This document shows positions 13,311 through 28,453 of a stretch of 64,000 bases of DNA, in pieces. The position numbers and the translations under genes were made by a program. This DNA comes from Octopus sinensis (Eukaryota). Position 1 is the stretch's first letter. Every line of letters starts with the position of its first letter. The DNA lies in the NCBI RefSeq assembly GCF_006345805.1, contig NC_043009.1:26660001-26724000 (forward strand), written 5' to 3'. The notes beneath the pieces were generated by a model that did no database searches, was not told the DNA's origin, and was given only the letters and a program-made list of their open reading frames with translations.

Positions 13311-13600
13311 CAACTTATATATATAAGCAATCATACCCTTGTGTGTGTGTGTGTATACATATGTGGGGGAGAGACAAATATTTTTAAAAAACAAGAATAA
13401 ACAACAAAAGTCAATTAGATGTACACAGCGAATGTATCAGACTGACGCTTACTGAAAGTTTTATACACACACACGCACGCACGCACGCACGTTTATGTAT
13501 TTGTTTCGCAAGATTCCAAATGGGAAATCGTATCTTGCGATAGATATTGTCATATTTCGGTCCTTTTACTCTTTTACTCTTTTACTTGTTTCAGTCATTT

Positions 13601-14655
13601 TCTAAAATGCACCATAACTGTTCAATAATATTGACATCTGGGGGTTGTGGTGGCCAGATAAGATGTTCAACTTTACTAGAATATTCCTCGTGCCATTCAG
13701 TAACAACTTTAGCTGTGTGAATTGGTGCATTACCATCCTGAAAGATTGCTTTTCAATCTTTTCCCTCCAGAAACAGTTCCGCAACCATAGGATGAATTTG
13801 ATCAGATAAAATGCTTAAATAGTATTGACTATTAATTCTGCCATGAAGGGAAACCATTGGCCCGGCGGATTTCCAAGATATAGCCCCTCGCCTATTATCA
13901 CAGAGCCTCCTCCATTTTTAACAGTTGGAAAAAGGTAGTCTGAGTCAAATGCTTCTTTTGGCTGTCTCCACACGTATACCCGGCCGGTGGTCAGAAATAA
14001 GGTAAAGGATAACTTGTGCGAGAAAATAACATTCTTCCACTGTTCTAGGGACCAATTCTGTAGGTTTTTACTCCACTCTAAATGCTTTACAACGTTTACT
14101 TTTGAAAGTAGTGGTTTTCTGATTGCAGCCCTCCCGTGAAATCCTGCTTTGAGCAGCTCCCGGCAATCAGTTTTTGTGGAAACTGGGTTCTCGAGGTGGT
14201 CATTAAGCTCTGCAGTAATTTTGGGAGCTGTACTTTTGTCATCCTTTCTAATAATTCGCGTAAGAGTCAGACGGTCCCTATCTGAAAGTTTTGGTTTTCT
14301 TCCGGAGTTTTGTTTCGATGAGGAGGTTTTTCCTTCTTTCTCAAAGGCCGTCATTACTTTCGAGACAGTACTTCTTGATACACTAAACATTTCGGCTGTT
14401 TTCGTTACGCTAGTACCTGCCATACGAGCACCAATAATTTGACCTCTTTGAAAGTCCGATAGATCTGTCATTTTAATGAATTTTAATTACCTTTTTCTGA
14501 TTATATCTGAAAAGAAGCAGCAATTTTAGCAAAACATATTAAGCAACACTAATAAATCAAAAAGCATAAAAATAAACAAGCTTTTGACGGTTTTATAGTT
14601 ATTTCAAAATTATGATACTATGATGCTAGGTGTTTCCATTATTGTCCAACCCCTG
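13601..14655 (-). mobile_element. Truncated, defective Tc1 transposon (one TIR, frameshifted transposase)
   Basis: 5' TIR CAGGGGTTGGACAATAATGGAAACACC next to TA at 14655. ORF 13815-14471 has paired-like HTH, GRKPKL and VKNGGGSV motifs. First catalytic motif is mutated (FSHKL); FQDGNAPIH and PDVNIIE lie in shifted frames. 3' end is replaced by a SINE remnant. Confidence 0.93.
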
Positions 14656-15138
14656 TATATATATATATTATATATATATATATATTATATATATTATATA
14701 TATATAATATATATACATACACATACATACATACATACAAGCATGGTAGAAAACATTGGACCTTGTTGAGTCACATTAGTAATTATCTTCCGATTAAAAA
14801 TAAATACATACACAACACCACACATTGCATGCATTATATACATATACATGCACGAGCGAACATGTTAGTATGGTTGGCGATTTGTATCTCTTGTCCTATA
14901 TTTCGAATCTCACCTCTTTTTAAGTTGCAGTCTCTAATAAAAGATGAGAGACACACTTTTACTGCTTGATGGAATTGAAGAACTGAACAAGATTTGCTTC
15001 CTTGATGCCTCGGGGGAAAAACATCTTCGAACTTTCTGTCTGTCTGTTTATATGATTATATGTTTGTGTATGTTGTTGCTTTGCCTTCATCATCTCTCTA
15101 TGTGTGCGAGTGAGTGAGTGTGTTTGTGAGTGTGTACA

Positions 15139-15178
<40 letters not shown>

Positions 15179-15925
15179 CTATATATATATATAATATATA
15201 TAAAATGTGTATATCTATGTGTATATGATTGTATATATATATGTATGTATATAAGTATGTATATATACGTGTATGTGTCCATATCTATCATCTGTCGTAT
15301 CTGTCACTTGCATCTTAATCTATGTCAATCTGTCTCTTTTCCCCCCTCAATCTCTCTCCCCTTTCCCTCTCTCTCCATTATTTATACACACATACACGCA
15401 CACACACACACACACCACACACACACACACCACACACACCACTAAACTCTCGGAGCGTCAGTCCTTATCTATCTTTCGATCTACCAATTCCTCCATGAAT
15501 CAATCAATCATCATTATTCAATAAACTTCGCAACTTCCCTTATCTTCCTATGTAGCTTAACCATGCTTTTCTCTATCACTCTCTTATCTTCTCTCCTTTT
15601 CCTGTTCTGTTCGCTTCTTCTTCTTCTTCTTTTCTTCTTCTTCTTCTTGAAATATGTTATTGCTGCTGCTCAGCTTCAGGTCAACCCAGGATCAAGCCGA
15701 GGCTATTGAAAATTCCAATGGTGACCACCCCGTTTTTTTCTCGTACGTATCTGAGAATACTGTATCCAATGTGCCCTTTCTACTTGAAGTCAGTAGAATG
15801 CCTGATTTAATGGTCATTTGGTTATTAATTTTATCAGGTCAAGCCACCATGATGAACTTATAACTCCCTCATTGACTCACCTATACGTACCTATATATGT
15901 GTGTGTAATTACATTAAATATACTC

Positions 15926-15976
<51 letters not shown>

Positions 15977-16209
15977 GCATATATATGTATCTTCATTATT
16001 TGGTGTTGTTAGTCTACTTTTAGGAAACAAGGCATTTAATGATGGTGTGCCTCTGTACATTGAGTAGAGTCAATTTATCATCTTAGAGTAAACTGGACTT
16101 CCACTTAGCAGCTTCTTCAACTGGTGCTTAATAAAACTGCTTTGATGTCATGCGCAACTTAATAAAACTGCTGAGATGAAATTTGCCACTACATACATAC
16201 ATACATACA

Positions 16210-17270
16210 TGTCTCTTTCGAAAATAGTATTAAATTAGCCAATTTCTTAGATATGATTCTTGACTTAGAGATTAGCATTTCCATAAGCTTAATGAGTCTT
16301 TACACTATGTCAATGTCCTATCTAATCACCCTAAACCCGTCCTTAATAGCATAATTAAAGGTATTTCTATTAAAATTTCTAACTTATCAGCTAATGAAGA
16401 TGTCGTTAATACTCACTCCCTGTACTATAACCAGGTCGTCCGAAATAGTGGCTTCATTGAGAGGATTTCTTTTATCTCTAATATTAGAGTGAAAACTAAA
16501 TGAGGACTTCTTTTCCATTGTATTGATACTAAGTCCCCACCCGACTTACATTTACTTCTCCACCTGCCAATACCTTCCAACAAGCTCACCCCACTGCCAA
16601 AACTAGATCAGTAAGTATTTTCACCACTCCAGAGGTTGAATTAACTCCAACCTTCCCAAAACTATGCATGGTCCTAAGACGTCTGAGGATAGAAAGCAGG
16701 ATCATATGATTTGCATTCGTTTTCTCTTGAATTAAAACCTGTACCGAAGCCTTTTTTCAAAATCTTAAACTCTGATTTCCTACTCCACCGTATTACGTCA
16801 GATTGACATCTCTTTAATTAATAGTTTCTCTGATGTAATCTTCTATTGCACCTTTGCTCATATAAAACATTGTAATGTTCCTCATCGTAGCAAAAATTCT
16901 ATTGTCCTTTTTTCTCACCATACCTTTCTCCCCTCCTACTACTCCTACTCTCTTGCTTCGACGCTTATTTTTCTCCCACGCCTCTTTGTCTAGGCCTCTG
17001 GCACTCTTTAACTGCTTTATTATCTGGAAACGACAACTTCGACCATCCACAAGATAACTGGCTACGCTTTCATCAGACAGGCTTTTAACTTTATCTTCTC
17101 TTTTTGTTCTTTGTATCTTGTCTTTATGGGGCCTTCTTCTTGTCTTGATTCTTAACTAAACCCTCTACCTCATTCTTTCCATATACTTCCTTTCAATCTT
17201 AATATTTGTAAACTACTAAACGACACGCATTTGCCAACCTACTCTTCAAAAGGGAAACCGGAATTACCGT
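16210..17270 (+). mobile_element. Decayed Penelope-like retroelement (RT thumb and linker)
   Basis: Plus-strand peptides across frameshifts: NFLDMILDL, LHYVNVLSNHPKPVLNSIIKGISIKISNLSANEDVVN..YYNQVVRNSGF, then RII*F....K..FFKILNSDF. These follow the PLE thumb and IIWFNPP linker pattern. Confidence 0.7.
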
Positions 17271-17453
17271 AATAATTTTATTTTGATTAGTCCGAGGTTG
17301 CATACCTATGCACAAATTACCTGTAAATTATGGTTATTACGTAACTCTTAGTTTCTTGAAACAGCTGTCAAGATAAGAAATTACATTCTGCCAATCCACT
17401 GCTAGATAATGCAGTAGTACATTTGTACTTATTATTATTATTATTATTATTGT

Positions 17454-17495
<42 letters not shown>

Positions 17496-17998
17496 AAGAA
17501 GAAGAAGAAGAAGTGGTGGTGGTGATAAGGAAACGAGTAGCAAAACCGTTAGCACGCCGGACAAAATGCTCAGCGACATTTCTTCCGGCTTTAATCCCGC
17601 CGCGGTCTTCTTTGCTTTTCATCCTTTCGGAGTCGATAAAGTAAAGTACCAGTCAAGGGGTCGATGTAATTTCAGGCTTTTTGCAAAATGAAAAAGTAGT
17701 AGTAGTAGTAGTAGTAGTAACATTAACGAAGCACAAATGTCATTGTGACATGTTTTACTGAACGACATTTTAACTTGTTTCATATTTTATAAGCGCACCG
17801 CCGCCATTTTGGATGGGTTGTTATAGAGCGGAGCGGAGGGTGGGTTGGTGTGACTTTCTTAAAATCGATTTTCAAAATTTGTTGATAAAAATCAGTGAAA
17901 AATCATCATTTTTTTGAAAATTTACCAGATGACTTTAGCTCCTTACATGCAATACACACATAGATAAAAACTGCGCATACACACACCTGTTGTTTAAA

Positions 17999-18031
<33 letters not shown>

Positions 18032-18552
18032 GGTATCCATGTTTATATTTAAATACTATATATAATTACTCTAAAACGTATTCGTTTATTCCTTATATCA
18101 GATACACATTGATTTGTATATAAAATACACATTCAGATATTGTCCTTCAATCTACCGTCTTCATACACGCGCGCGTGCGTGTGTAGAAGACACAACGTTC
18201 ATGTTTCAGATGTGAGAGAGTGTATGTGTGTGTGTGGTGGAATGGTGAGTGGAGATGTTTAATTGCGTTCGAAAGAATTTCGGTACAGGTAGATGGGAAA
18301 TAATACTCCGGTGTATATGTAGGTACACAAGGGAGTGGAGAAAGTATTGTTTCTTCTACGAGTAGAAGAAGTAGTGGGAAAATCTGTGTAATGGAGGTGA
18401 GTAAGTGTAAATGCGTGTTCGGGGAAATGGAAAAGAATAGCGTTTGTGTGAATATATATATATATATATATATAAAGAGTAAGAGTATATATATGTGTGT
18501 GGGTGGATGTAAGTATATACATGTGTGTGTGAGTATATATATATATTGTCGA

Positions 18553-18606
<54 letters not shown>

Positions 18607-19263
18607 ATATAATGTGCGTGTGTGTGAAAGAGTATATATATGTGGGGCGGGGGGAGAGTATATATATGTGTGGGGGGAGAGAGAGAATATATATATATGT
18701 GTGTATATGTGCGTGTGAGTATATATATGTGTGTGTGTACGAGTCTGTATATATATATGTGTGTGTATATATGTGTATGTATATATGTATGTGTGTGCAT
18801 ATGTGTGAGTATATATGTGTGTGTATATACGTGTATGTGTGTATATATATATATCTATATGTGTGTGTGTATATGTATATGTTTATATATATGTGAGTGT
18901 ATGTGAGAATTAGATCGGGTGTGAGCTTATGACTGTGTTTGCGGTAGATAAAACAGATAAAAAAAAATCTTTCAAAAGAAACAATGGCGTTTTCTCTGCG
19001 CATAGAGACACAAAAATACAAGGTATCAAAACTCTCTCCCACACATAAATGCATATACATATGCGTGAGGATGCGGTGCGTAGAAACATATGCATAGAGC
19101 TGGGCTGGGGTAGGGGGTGCTTTCTGTTCCTGATTTTGTGGTTTTTGTTTTCTTTTATTTTCGTTTTCTTTTCTTTCTTCTCTATTTATGTAAAGTGAGA
19201 ACCTTGATAAAACGAGAAATTATATCTCATTTCATGTACACGGTTTCCTTAAGGCATTGCATT

Positions 19264-19370
<107 letters not shown>

Positions 19371-20074
19371 CACACATGCATGCATATACATATTCTTCTA
19401 TGTGTGTGTGAGAGCGTACGTGCGTGTGTGCGTGCTTGTTAGAGTATATGTATAATGTGCAAATATGTGTACATAGATAAAAAAAAAAGCTTTCCGTGTC
19501 GAATTCACTTTCTGACATCCAAAATCGTTTGAATCGTATTGCACCTGAGTATGCGCACTATAATACTTCCGCTATGGATGAGAGACTTCCTGGTATTTTT
19601 TTTGTAGGACATTATTTCACTGATATAGCACCATAGAACATAAGATAAACCCTAAACTTGCTGAGATCAAATGAGATCTTCCTGAGACCTGGTTTTTAGA
19701 GGTGGTGAAGTTTGTTTTGAATAATAATCATTAAAAGACTGCTGATTACACTCACCAACCCACCCCTTTAAGTACCACCCGTCCCCACCACCAATTCAAA
19801 TATGCATGTATGTGTGTGTATATATATATATTTTATATATATATATATAATATATATATATATAATTTATATATAGATATAGATATATAGTTTTTTAAAA
19901 GTATATAAAACAGAAGACAGAGACAGGTGTGGAAACAACAAATAAGATATATGAGTTTGACGCTCAGGAAAAATGGAAGTGTCTTTGACGTTTCGAACCT
20001 ATGCTCTGCTGCAAAAAAGAATGAGGGAAGGAAACGGATATACATACATATATATATAAATTATTTGTTTCAGA

Positions 20075-20447
20075 CATTTGACTACAGCCGTGCTGGAGTA
20101 CAGCCTTTAGTCGAGTAAATCGAACCCAGGTTTTATTCTGTGTAAGCCTAGTACTTATTCTATCAGTCTCTTTTGCCGAACCGCTAAATTATAGGGACGT
20201 AAACACACCAGCACCGGTTTCAAGCGATGTTGAGGGACAAACACAGACATAAAAACATATACATATATATATATATATATATACACGACGGGCTTCTTTC
20301 AGTTTCCGTCTACCAAATCCACTCACAAGGCTTTGGTCGGCCCGAGGTTATTAGTAGAAGACACTTGCCCAGGATACCACGCAGTGGGACTGAACCCAGA
20401 ATCATGTGGTTGGTGAGCAAGCTACGTACCATACAGCCACGCTTGCG

Positions 20448-20450
<3 letters not shown>
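20075..20450 (-). mobile_element. tRNA-derived SINE family C
   Basis: CCAAATCCACTCACAAGGCTTTGG...GAAGACACTTGCCC...GGGACTGAACCC. Related copies at about 2090-2240(+), 25725-26150(-), 32990-33330(+), 39365-39500(+), 43790-44150(+), 57235-57570(-), 59040-59330(+) and 62050-62400(-). Confidence 0.85.
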
Positions 20451-20499
<49 letters not shown>

Positions 20500-21544
20500 C
20501 GTGTGTGTGTGTATCTTTCAGAGTAACCCCTATATTATTGCTAATGATGATCGTGATCACCACAAATGTTTCCACTACTACTACCTCTTTTGCCGCCACT
20601 ATCATTGCCACCGTCACCACTACCACACTGCCGCCACCAACAGCGACATCGCCACCACCTCTACCACCACACCACGACTACCACCACCGAAAGTGTTAGT
20701 CTTCTTGTTTATTTAGCCCGAGGTCAGCTCCTAGTGGGACGAGCAAGCAGACAAATAGACAGACAGACAGACCTATGATGGATGATATTCAAGATGTGCA
20801 GTTGAACGATAACTACTACAGCTACCACCACCACTACAACTACTACTCGTGCTCACCAAAGCAATATTTGTGTCTCTAATGTTTTAACCCTACAGAAACT
20901 GGTGATTAAACTTCGGCGCTATGAACATTCCGTGGTTTCTAAAAGGATTATCTTCTTTGTGGATATACTAGAAAGAAAAAAATTAAAATATAACTAAAAC
21001 CAAAACAGTTAATCCATTCATTCAGTTTCAAGAACTCCGCCATAAGATGGCGACATAACTCCGTTGCTTGTACCCTGAAGAGTTCAAGATGAAGGGGAGA
21101 CAAGTATATCTTTAAGATAAGAGACGGCTTTATCAAAGGTCGAGAAATGATAAAGATTTCAGATTTAATCTATCGAGACATTCACAGTTGACAGAAATAG
21201 ACAAACATCTGGGAGCATGCATGCGCGTGAGAATTACTAGCTAAAATAATACGATATACGATCTCTCGAGCTAAGATGCTTCTAATAATGTATTCAAGTT
21301 GACTTAATCTTTGTGGATGCCTCTGTGTGTGAGAGAAAAAGAGAGAGGAGGCGGGTTATACGACAGGCGTCAATGGGTAGACGTGAGTTCGACAACCAGT
21401 ATATTCTCTATTTTCTTTATTCGCTTTCGTTGTTTTTATTGTTGTTATAAACAAGATACTGTAAACTCAAAACACACAAAGCTACTCTCAGTTTTGCAGT
21501 GCAGAGCACACAATAACTTAGACTACTGAATAATAAGAAGAATA

Positions 21545-22175
21545 ATAATACTTTCTACTAAAGGCACAAGACTGAAATTTGGTGGTGGGGGTTAATTGTC
21601 AATTACATCGACCCCAGTGTTTCACTGGTACTTAATTTATCGACTTCGAAAGGATGATAGGCAAAGTCGGCCTCGGAATAAATCGAACTCTGAACGTAAA
21701 GACGGACAAAATACCACTAAGCATTTTTTTTCTGGCGGGCTAACGATTCTGCCAGCTCGCCACCTTACGATACAATAACAATAACTGTAATCGTTTCTAC
21801 TATAGGCACAAGACCTGAAATTCGGGGGGAAGGGTTAAATCGATTACATCGACCCCAGTACTCAACTGGTACTTAATTTATCGACCCCGAAAGGATGAAA
21901 GGCAAAGTCGACCTCGGCGGAATTTGAACTCAGAACGTAGCGATGGGTGAAATACCTATTTCTTTACTACCCACAAGGGGCTAAACACAGAGAGGACAAA
22001 CAAGGACAGACAAACGGATTAAGTCGATTATCTCGACCCCAGTGCGTAACTGGTACTTATTTAATCGTCCCCGGAAGGATGAAAGGCAAAGTTGACCTCG
22101 GCGGAATTTGAACTCAGGACGTAGTGGCAGACGAAATACCGACGTGCTAACGTTTCCGCAAGCTCGCCGCCTTAA
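21545..22175 (-). mobile_element. SINE family A, tandem copies
   Basis: Three repeats of the core ...GAAAGGATGA(A/T)AGGCAAAGT.G.CCTCGG... separated by AAT-rich tails. Confidence 0.9.
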
Positions 22176-22234
22176 CAACACCAATAATAATAATGTGAAC
22201 TTTCATGTAACAAGCACACTATTAAACGAAATAA

Positions 22235-22302
<68 letters not shown>

Positions 22303-23171
22303 CACACACACACACACACACCACACAGAATCTCACACACGACGCCAGTTTGTAGCGTCTACCTGACGGTTTTTAACGAAGCTAGGTTAGGACTGTTAGA
22401 CACTATAAAGTTCACCTCATTTTATTTCGTCCACCATTATGTCTAACACAATTTATCTCACAAAAGTCAAGGTCGTTTTCCTTTATTTTCCTTCCTCCAC
22501 CTTTCTTGTTTTAATAAAGGATCAAATTTGTTGAAGTCCACTTAAAATGTTTGACCTCGATATTTTTTTTCCTATTAAAACGATATCATATGACCTAATA
22601 AAATTATTATCCGTAATAGAAGGGTTAAATATTCATGTCTAGACATCACCTTATGTACATACATATATACAGGCACAGAAGGTCGTGAAGGGCCTTATAA
22701 CTGGTCGCTTGACTTTTGGGAAATAGCAGCTAAATCTCCCTCTGAATTACATGCTAAAGTTTTCTTTAAAAAGAAGTTGGATTCATTGAATAAGATAGTC
22801 GTGGAAAACAAAGAAAGGATATACTAAAATGGATTGTTCATGATTGATTGGAATGCCTTATACGTTCTGTCTCCAGCATCAGTGTAACGTGAAGCCTAAT
22901 AACGGCGAAGATATATGTTAATGCATATGTACGTACACACACACATACACATAACACATATGTAGACTCATAGAATTTGATATTTGAGCTGCAACTAGTA
23001 GCACACACACACATGTATATACATATAACCGACCGATGTCACATATTTAATGAATGTATATTATATATGCGCTTATTGGCTGCGGGACTCGTTCAGAGAA
23101 GAGTCTTTTTAAGACTTCGTTTATTAAAAAAACACTGAGCAACTCAAACCTAGCAACATGACGTCTTAAAG

Positions 23172-23510
23172 CGTAGGTTCTCAAAGTGGTCGCTACTGCC
23201 CCCTACCGGTGGGCGTTGAGAGAGTCCGGGTGGACGCTGGTGTCTAAGGGGGTGGTGCGGTGGGGCGGTAGAGAAAAAGGAAGCATTAGGAGGAAGGCAG
23301 TGGATTGTGGGAGACGCTATGAATTTATATTTTTTATAGTATTGTATACAAATTATATGATATTATATTAAATATCAAATGATTCATGGTATATATAAAT
23401 TAATAAAATATAAAATATTTATTTATACATAAAAATAGGGGTGGGACGCTGAGGGTATTACGTGGTCATGAGGGGGTGGGGCGGTGGCTCAAAATGTTTG
23501 AAAACCTCTG
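23172..23510. mobile_element. hAT (Charlie-like) MITE
   Basis: Imperfect 14-bp TIRs (CGTAGGTTCTCAAA / TTTGAAAACCTCTG); perfect 8-bp TSD TCTTAAAG at 23164-23171 and 23511-23518. Confidence 0.85.
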
Positions 23511-23687
23511 TCTTAAAGGGACTTTTCACTGGTCGAATCGCGCAGCTATAAGCGCGTAATCAAAATACTTGCATTAAGAATGTGATATCGGTCATGTTTA
23601 TATTACAGGAGCTGCTTCTAATTCAAAATTTAACATATATGCATGCGTGTGTGCATGTGTGTGTGTGTGTGTGTGTAAGTATTTGTA

Positions 23688-23736
<49 letters not shown>

Positions 23737-24089
23737 TAGAGAAGAACCACCATGTAGCAATTCAACAACGATATAATTAAATCATACCATATAGAAAAAC
23801 AAATAGAAATACGATCAAACATATACCAATAATTAAGTAAAGTACAAAATAATAAACAAGTAGTATATAATTGGTTAAAAGACAACGTGTTTGGTGGCTA
23901 TATTTTCAAACTGATAATAGTAAAATCAATTCAATTTAAATATAGTCACTCATCAGGTCAGAGCATAGGTTCGAAACGTCTTATTGAACTCATAATGTAA
24001 CGAACGAGAAGAAATGCAACTAAGCATTTTTGTCCGACGCGCTAACGCTTCTGCTAACTCACTGACCTTCTCAATAAAATAATATTTTC

Positions 24090-24255
24090 AACTATAAGCA
24101 CAAGGCCTGGAGGGAGACAGTCGATCTCATCGACCCGGAAAGGATGAAAGGCAAAGTTGACCTCGGCGGAATTTGAACTCAAAATGTAAAGACGTGCAAA
24201 ATACCGCTAAGCATTTTGCTTCGGGGGTTAACGATTCTGTCAGCTCGCCGCTATA
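24090..24255 (-). mobile_element. SINE family A copy
   Basis: Same head, box B and core, partly deleted. Confidence 0.85.
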
Positions 24256-24329
24256 ACTTATATGAGAAATATTAACGCTTGTGTCTATATATGTAAATAT
24301 AAGTATGTATGTGTAAATTGGTAAAATAT

Positions 24330-24360
<31 letters not shown>

Positions 24361-24366
24361 TTTCAG

Positions 24367-25341
24367 ATCGAAGATATCAAATAATTGCTCCTCACACATA
24401 CACAGCCTTCTCCGGAAAACTGATGCTGAACTACACCATACCTCACGATGAATGTTTGACAAATGCTTACATCGCTCTTTTGGCCATAGAAAAAACGGGA
24501 GAGAGTGAAATCCAAACGTTGAGTGTTGGCTGCAACTCTAGAAGTCGAGAAATCGCCTGTGGAGTAGTCGTCAGCGCCGGTCGCTATGTTTACCGCATCT
24601 ACTCACAAAGACATGGTAAAGTGTTGGACGAGTTTTACTTTCATGTTCTATGGCCGAAGACCGTTTTAGAACTTCCTCCCAAACAAAATGCTTTTGAAAA
24701 CAATATAACTGTATCAATCGATTCTAACGCTATTTGTAAATCACGGATTCATACGCACAGCTTACATATAGACTTGATATTTTGGGGTGAAGTACCGAAG
24801 TCTAAATTTATCAAGAACATAAAGCCAGTGCGAATCGCCAGTTTAGACGTCGATGATATATCTTTGAAGACAACTTATGAGTTTCCTTGTAATAAAACCG
24901 AACTTCCTGGGAAATACCACGCCGAATTACGGTCTTCAAAACGGAAAGGACATGTTCCTGATCAAATAATCGCTAAAAGTTCTAATATGAGTATAACATG
25001 GAGTGATAATTATAACCTTAATATAGTGGATCGACAAAGTTTGAAATATTACGAAAGTGTTACCATAGAATTTCAACAACCAACATGTTCTGTGGTAACG
25101 GACAGAATACGTATGTATGCGATGCATCGGAAAGTATCTGGTTCCCTAGCTTCGCCTCTGGAGGCCAAATACTGCGCCGAAAGATTCGCCTTCAGGAATA
25201 TAAGTAGCGTATATTTTAATTGTAGTCTTTTCGATATATTCGAGAAGGTTGTAGGTTTCTGTTTCGTCTATGAAACTATGACTTCGAAAGGAGCTGTAAG
25301 AGAACAGACGAAACTTTGTGTGTCGGCAAAGGACAACGCAG
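24367..25341 (+). CDS. THSD1: Exon A of gogo/THSD1-like receptor: N-terminal GOGO/THSD1 extracellular region (325 codons, phase 1-1)
   Basis: Acceptor (TTTA)n-TTTCAG ends at 24366; donor G|GTGAGT starts at 25342; 975 nt open. Motifs align with human THSD1 as recalled: IACGVVVSAGRYVY~FECFYFKEAGDYWF, FHVLWP~LKVEWP, FQQPTC~LPPPC, YFNCSLFD..FCFVY~IFNCTLFD..YCFDF. Confidence 0.9.
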
Positions 25342-28300
25342 GTGAGTGAATTATTTTCTAAATATTGGTCAACTGAAATGAAATATTGCTGAGTTCTTAT
25401 GGACAACATAATTAGAGACCACGGGTTTCACAAAATAAGAATGGAGAGCTAAATTTTGCTGTGTATAAATTGTCTTTCCAGCTAAAATTCAATATTAAGG
25501 ACAGAGTCTGTTATTACGACACATTGTGGGGTAGTAGTCTGTTGATACTTTGGTGGATGGAATAAGCTAGGCCCTGGATGTTCTCCATGATATTATTCTC
25601 AGATTCCTCCGGCGCATATTCAACTCCATCAACCAAAGAATCAAGATATCATCAGACTACTCTACAGTGTGTCCTGACAGACTCCCTTTCCTTGATACTG
25701 AATTTCGGTTAGAGACTATCTTATACTTGCTTCAGTCATTAGACTGCAGTCATGCTGGGGCACCGCTTTGAAGAATTTTTAGGCGAATTAATCGACCCCC
25801 CAGCTCATTTTTTAAAACCTGTTACTTATTCTATCGGTCTCTTTTGCCGAACCACTAAGTTACAGGGGCGTAAACACATCAACACCGGTTGTCAAACGGT
25901 GTGGTGGGGAACAAACGCATACACACACATACACACACACACATATATATTTATATATATATATATACATAATACATACATACACATAGTGGGCTTCTTT
26001 CAGTTTCCATCTGCCAAATCCACTCACAAGGCTTTGGTCATCCCGGGACTAAAGTAGAAGACACTCGGCCAAGGTACCACGCAGTAAGACAAACCCGGAA
26101 CCATGTGGTTGGTAAGCAAAATTCCTACTACACAGCAACGCCTGCGGAAACAAAGTTTAAAACCTCCATTCTTATTCTGTGAAACATAAAAATTTCCCTG
26201 TAACCTATTTAATTTGAAAGCTTTTCCCTTCAAAAGTCTAAATTTCCAAATTATCTTTTTCTTAAAAAAAATATGGCTGCCAATAAAACATCTAATATCA
26301 CTATAGTAAAGCTTTCAAAACATCTTCATTAATCAACTAAGAACAATTATTAATTAACTCTTTTGTTATTCTTTTATAATGAAAATGATATTTAGACATT
26401 GTAAGCACTAATTTGCGACAGAAAATAACCTGCAGACGTACTCTCGGTGATTGGTTCGTTGTTATTTTAATTATCAAATTACAGTAATTAATGACTTTAA
26501 TAATTATCTCTCTATTGTCTCCAACATGGATTTAAAATTACATTTATCAATGTCCTGAAGAGCAAATATCTGAGAATAGTGTCTGCGTGTTGGGAAATTA
26601 TAAATAGATTGAATATAGTAGAGAGTTTCTGAGGATTTCTCTTGAAATATTAAGAGCATAAACGTACATTGTGTGTGGTGGGGTGCATTTAAGTTTTATA
26701 TGTTTGGTGGAGGCGATGTGTGTATGTTTTAATTACTTAGTCTTCTCAAGACCATTGGTCTTCCTCCTGCCAACTGGACGACTGCCACCGTCTTTAGCTA
26801 GAAGCTCACCTTGACGCCGTTGACGGAGATAACTCTGTATCTTCACAGACCTGAATGGTTCGCCTCTTAGGTTTTCTACCTTGTAGCTAAGGGTTTGGAA
26901 AACTCTTGGTCAAACGCCAGAACTACTTCGTTATTTTGTGGCTTTAATAACATAATACACAAGCGAAATATTTCATTATTTTTCTTCTGGTTACTTCTTT
27001 AATTATGAAGTATATCTGCGCCTATCTAGAAATGACTCCCTCGCTAAAAACCTCAAACACCACATTTGAAAATCTTCAAGTCTGTGTGCAGGGTTAGAAT
27101 ATCGAGAATGGTACTTCTGGAAAGAAAGGTTCCTTAATATCGTGGCGCCTACTAGGAATAAAAGTGGGGGTTAGAGGTAGGCGAGGTTTTACCGATCCAG
27201 CGATGCAGTATGAGAAGCAAAGTCCATCCAAGAACTATTTTAACTCAGAACGCAAACGTCCGAAACTGTTTCACTACTGCTACTAAAAAAATTTCTTGTT
27301 TGGTGACACGTCTAATCATTGTGAGAATTGATCCTGGAGTATTTCTGATACTATATCTACTTCATATTTAGTAGAGCGACCCGTCTGATGATGAGCTATG
27401 TCTCATGCGGCCCACTTATCGAAGAAGGCTACCCATGCTTGTTCTACAAAGTTGCCAGACCTGCTAGAAATACTCTCCAAAATCTTGTTCATATCACATC
27501 CATTCTTCGTTTTATTTAGACAGCGTATATAGAATTTCATTAACTTATGTCCTTTTATTCTTTTTAAGGCGTTTAAATGTGGTTTAAATATTTGGCTGCT
27601 GTTTCAAGTATGTAGAATGACCACGTACAGGCCCCCTGTGGGCTCGTAAATTATGTCGTCTGCGCCGTGTATACATCGTATATAACATTATGTCGCTTGT
27701 TATGCGACGTTACCCTTGTAGCCTGCACCGTATGTGTGCTGTCAGCAGTATTATGTATGTGTCGTATGCACCATATCTGTGTCGCCTGCTAGGTTGCTAG
27801 CATGTTCAGGGAAATACCAGCAGAGATTTTGAAAGAAAGTACAGGAGAAAATCAAATCAAATTCGTTGATATTAATTCTAATAATAAAATAAATAGCAGT
27901 CTTCGGTATTTCGACAGAATTTTTTTCCTGGTATTCTTTCTTGTGTTGCATTATTGACTCTCGTAAGAAAGGAATAACGAGGAATTGATTCGTTCGCTAA
28001 TTCCCACGACATGGGTATCGATTCTATCGAAAGAAATTAGTTACGCCTTTCGTGGTAGCAATAAAGTACGAAAGACAACAGGATCGAATAATAACGGCAG
28101 TACATGAGACAACTCATGCGTGAATTTATATTCCCTAATTGTCTGACGCATACTTTTTCTTCACAAATGCATACGCACGCACACACATACTCACAAGTAA
28201 AAGTATTCGTCCCTATGGAAATTACACCATGGCACGCATAAAATTGCACAGATGCATTGTTACATACATCAACTTACCTTCACACATACACACAAACACA

Positions 28301-28422
28301 CGTTCATATACACTTCCTGACGAATATATATATATAAACGGACATACATACATAAGCTCGCAAAAATATACATACTCCTCAATTTTCTCTTTCCTTCTAA
28401 CCCCTCTCTCTCCTTCCCTCTC

Positions 28423-28453
<31 letters not shown>

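Noticed and set aside
16210-17270. Apparent long decayed ORF on the minus strand, including ORF 16814-17050
   Set aside because: Antisense shadow of the plus-strand Penelope reading frame, which carries the recognisable motifs.
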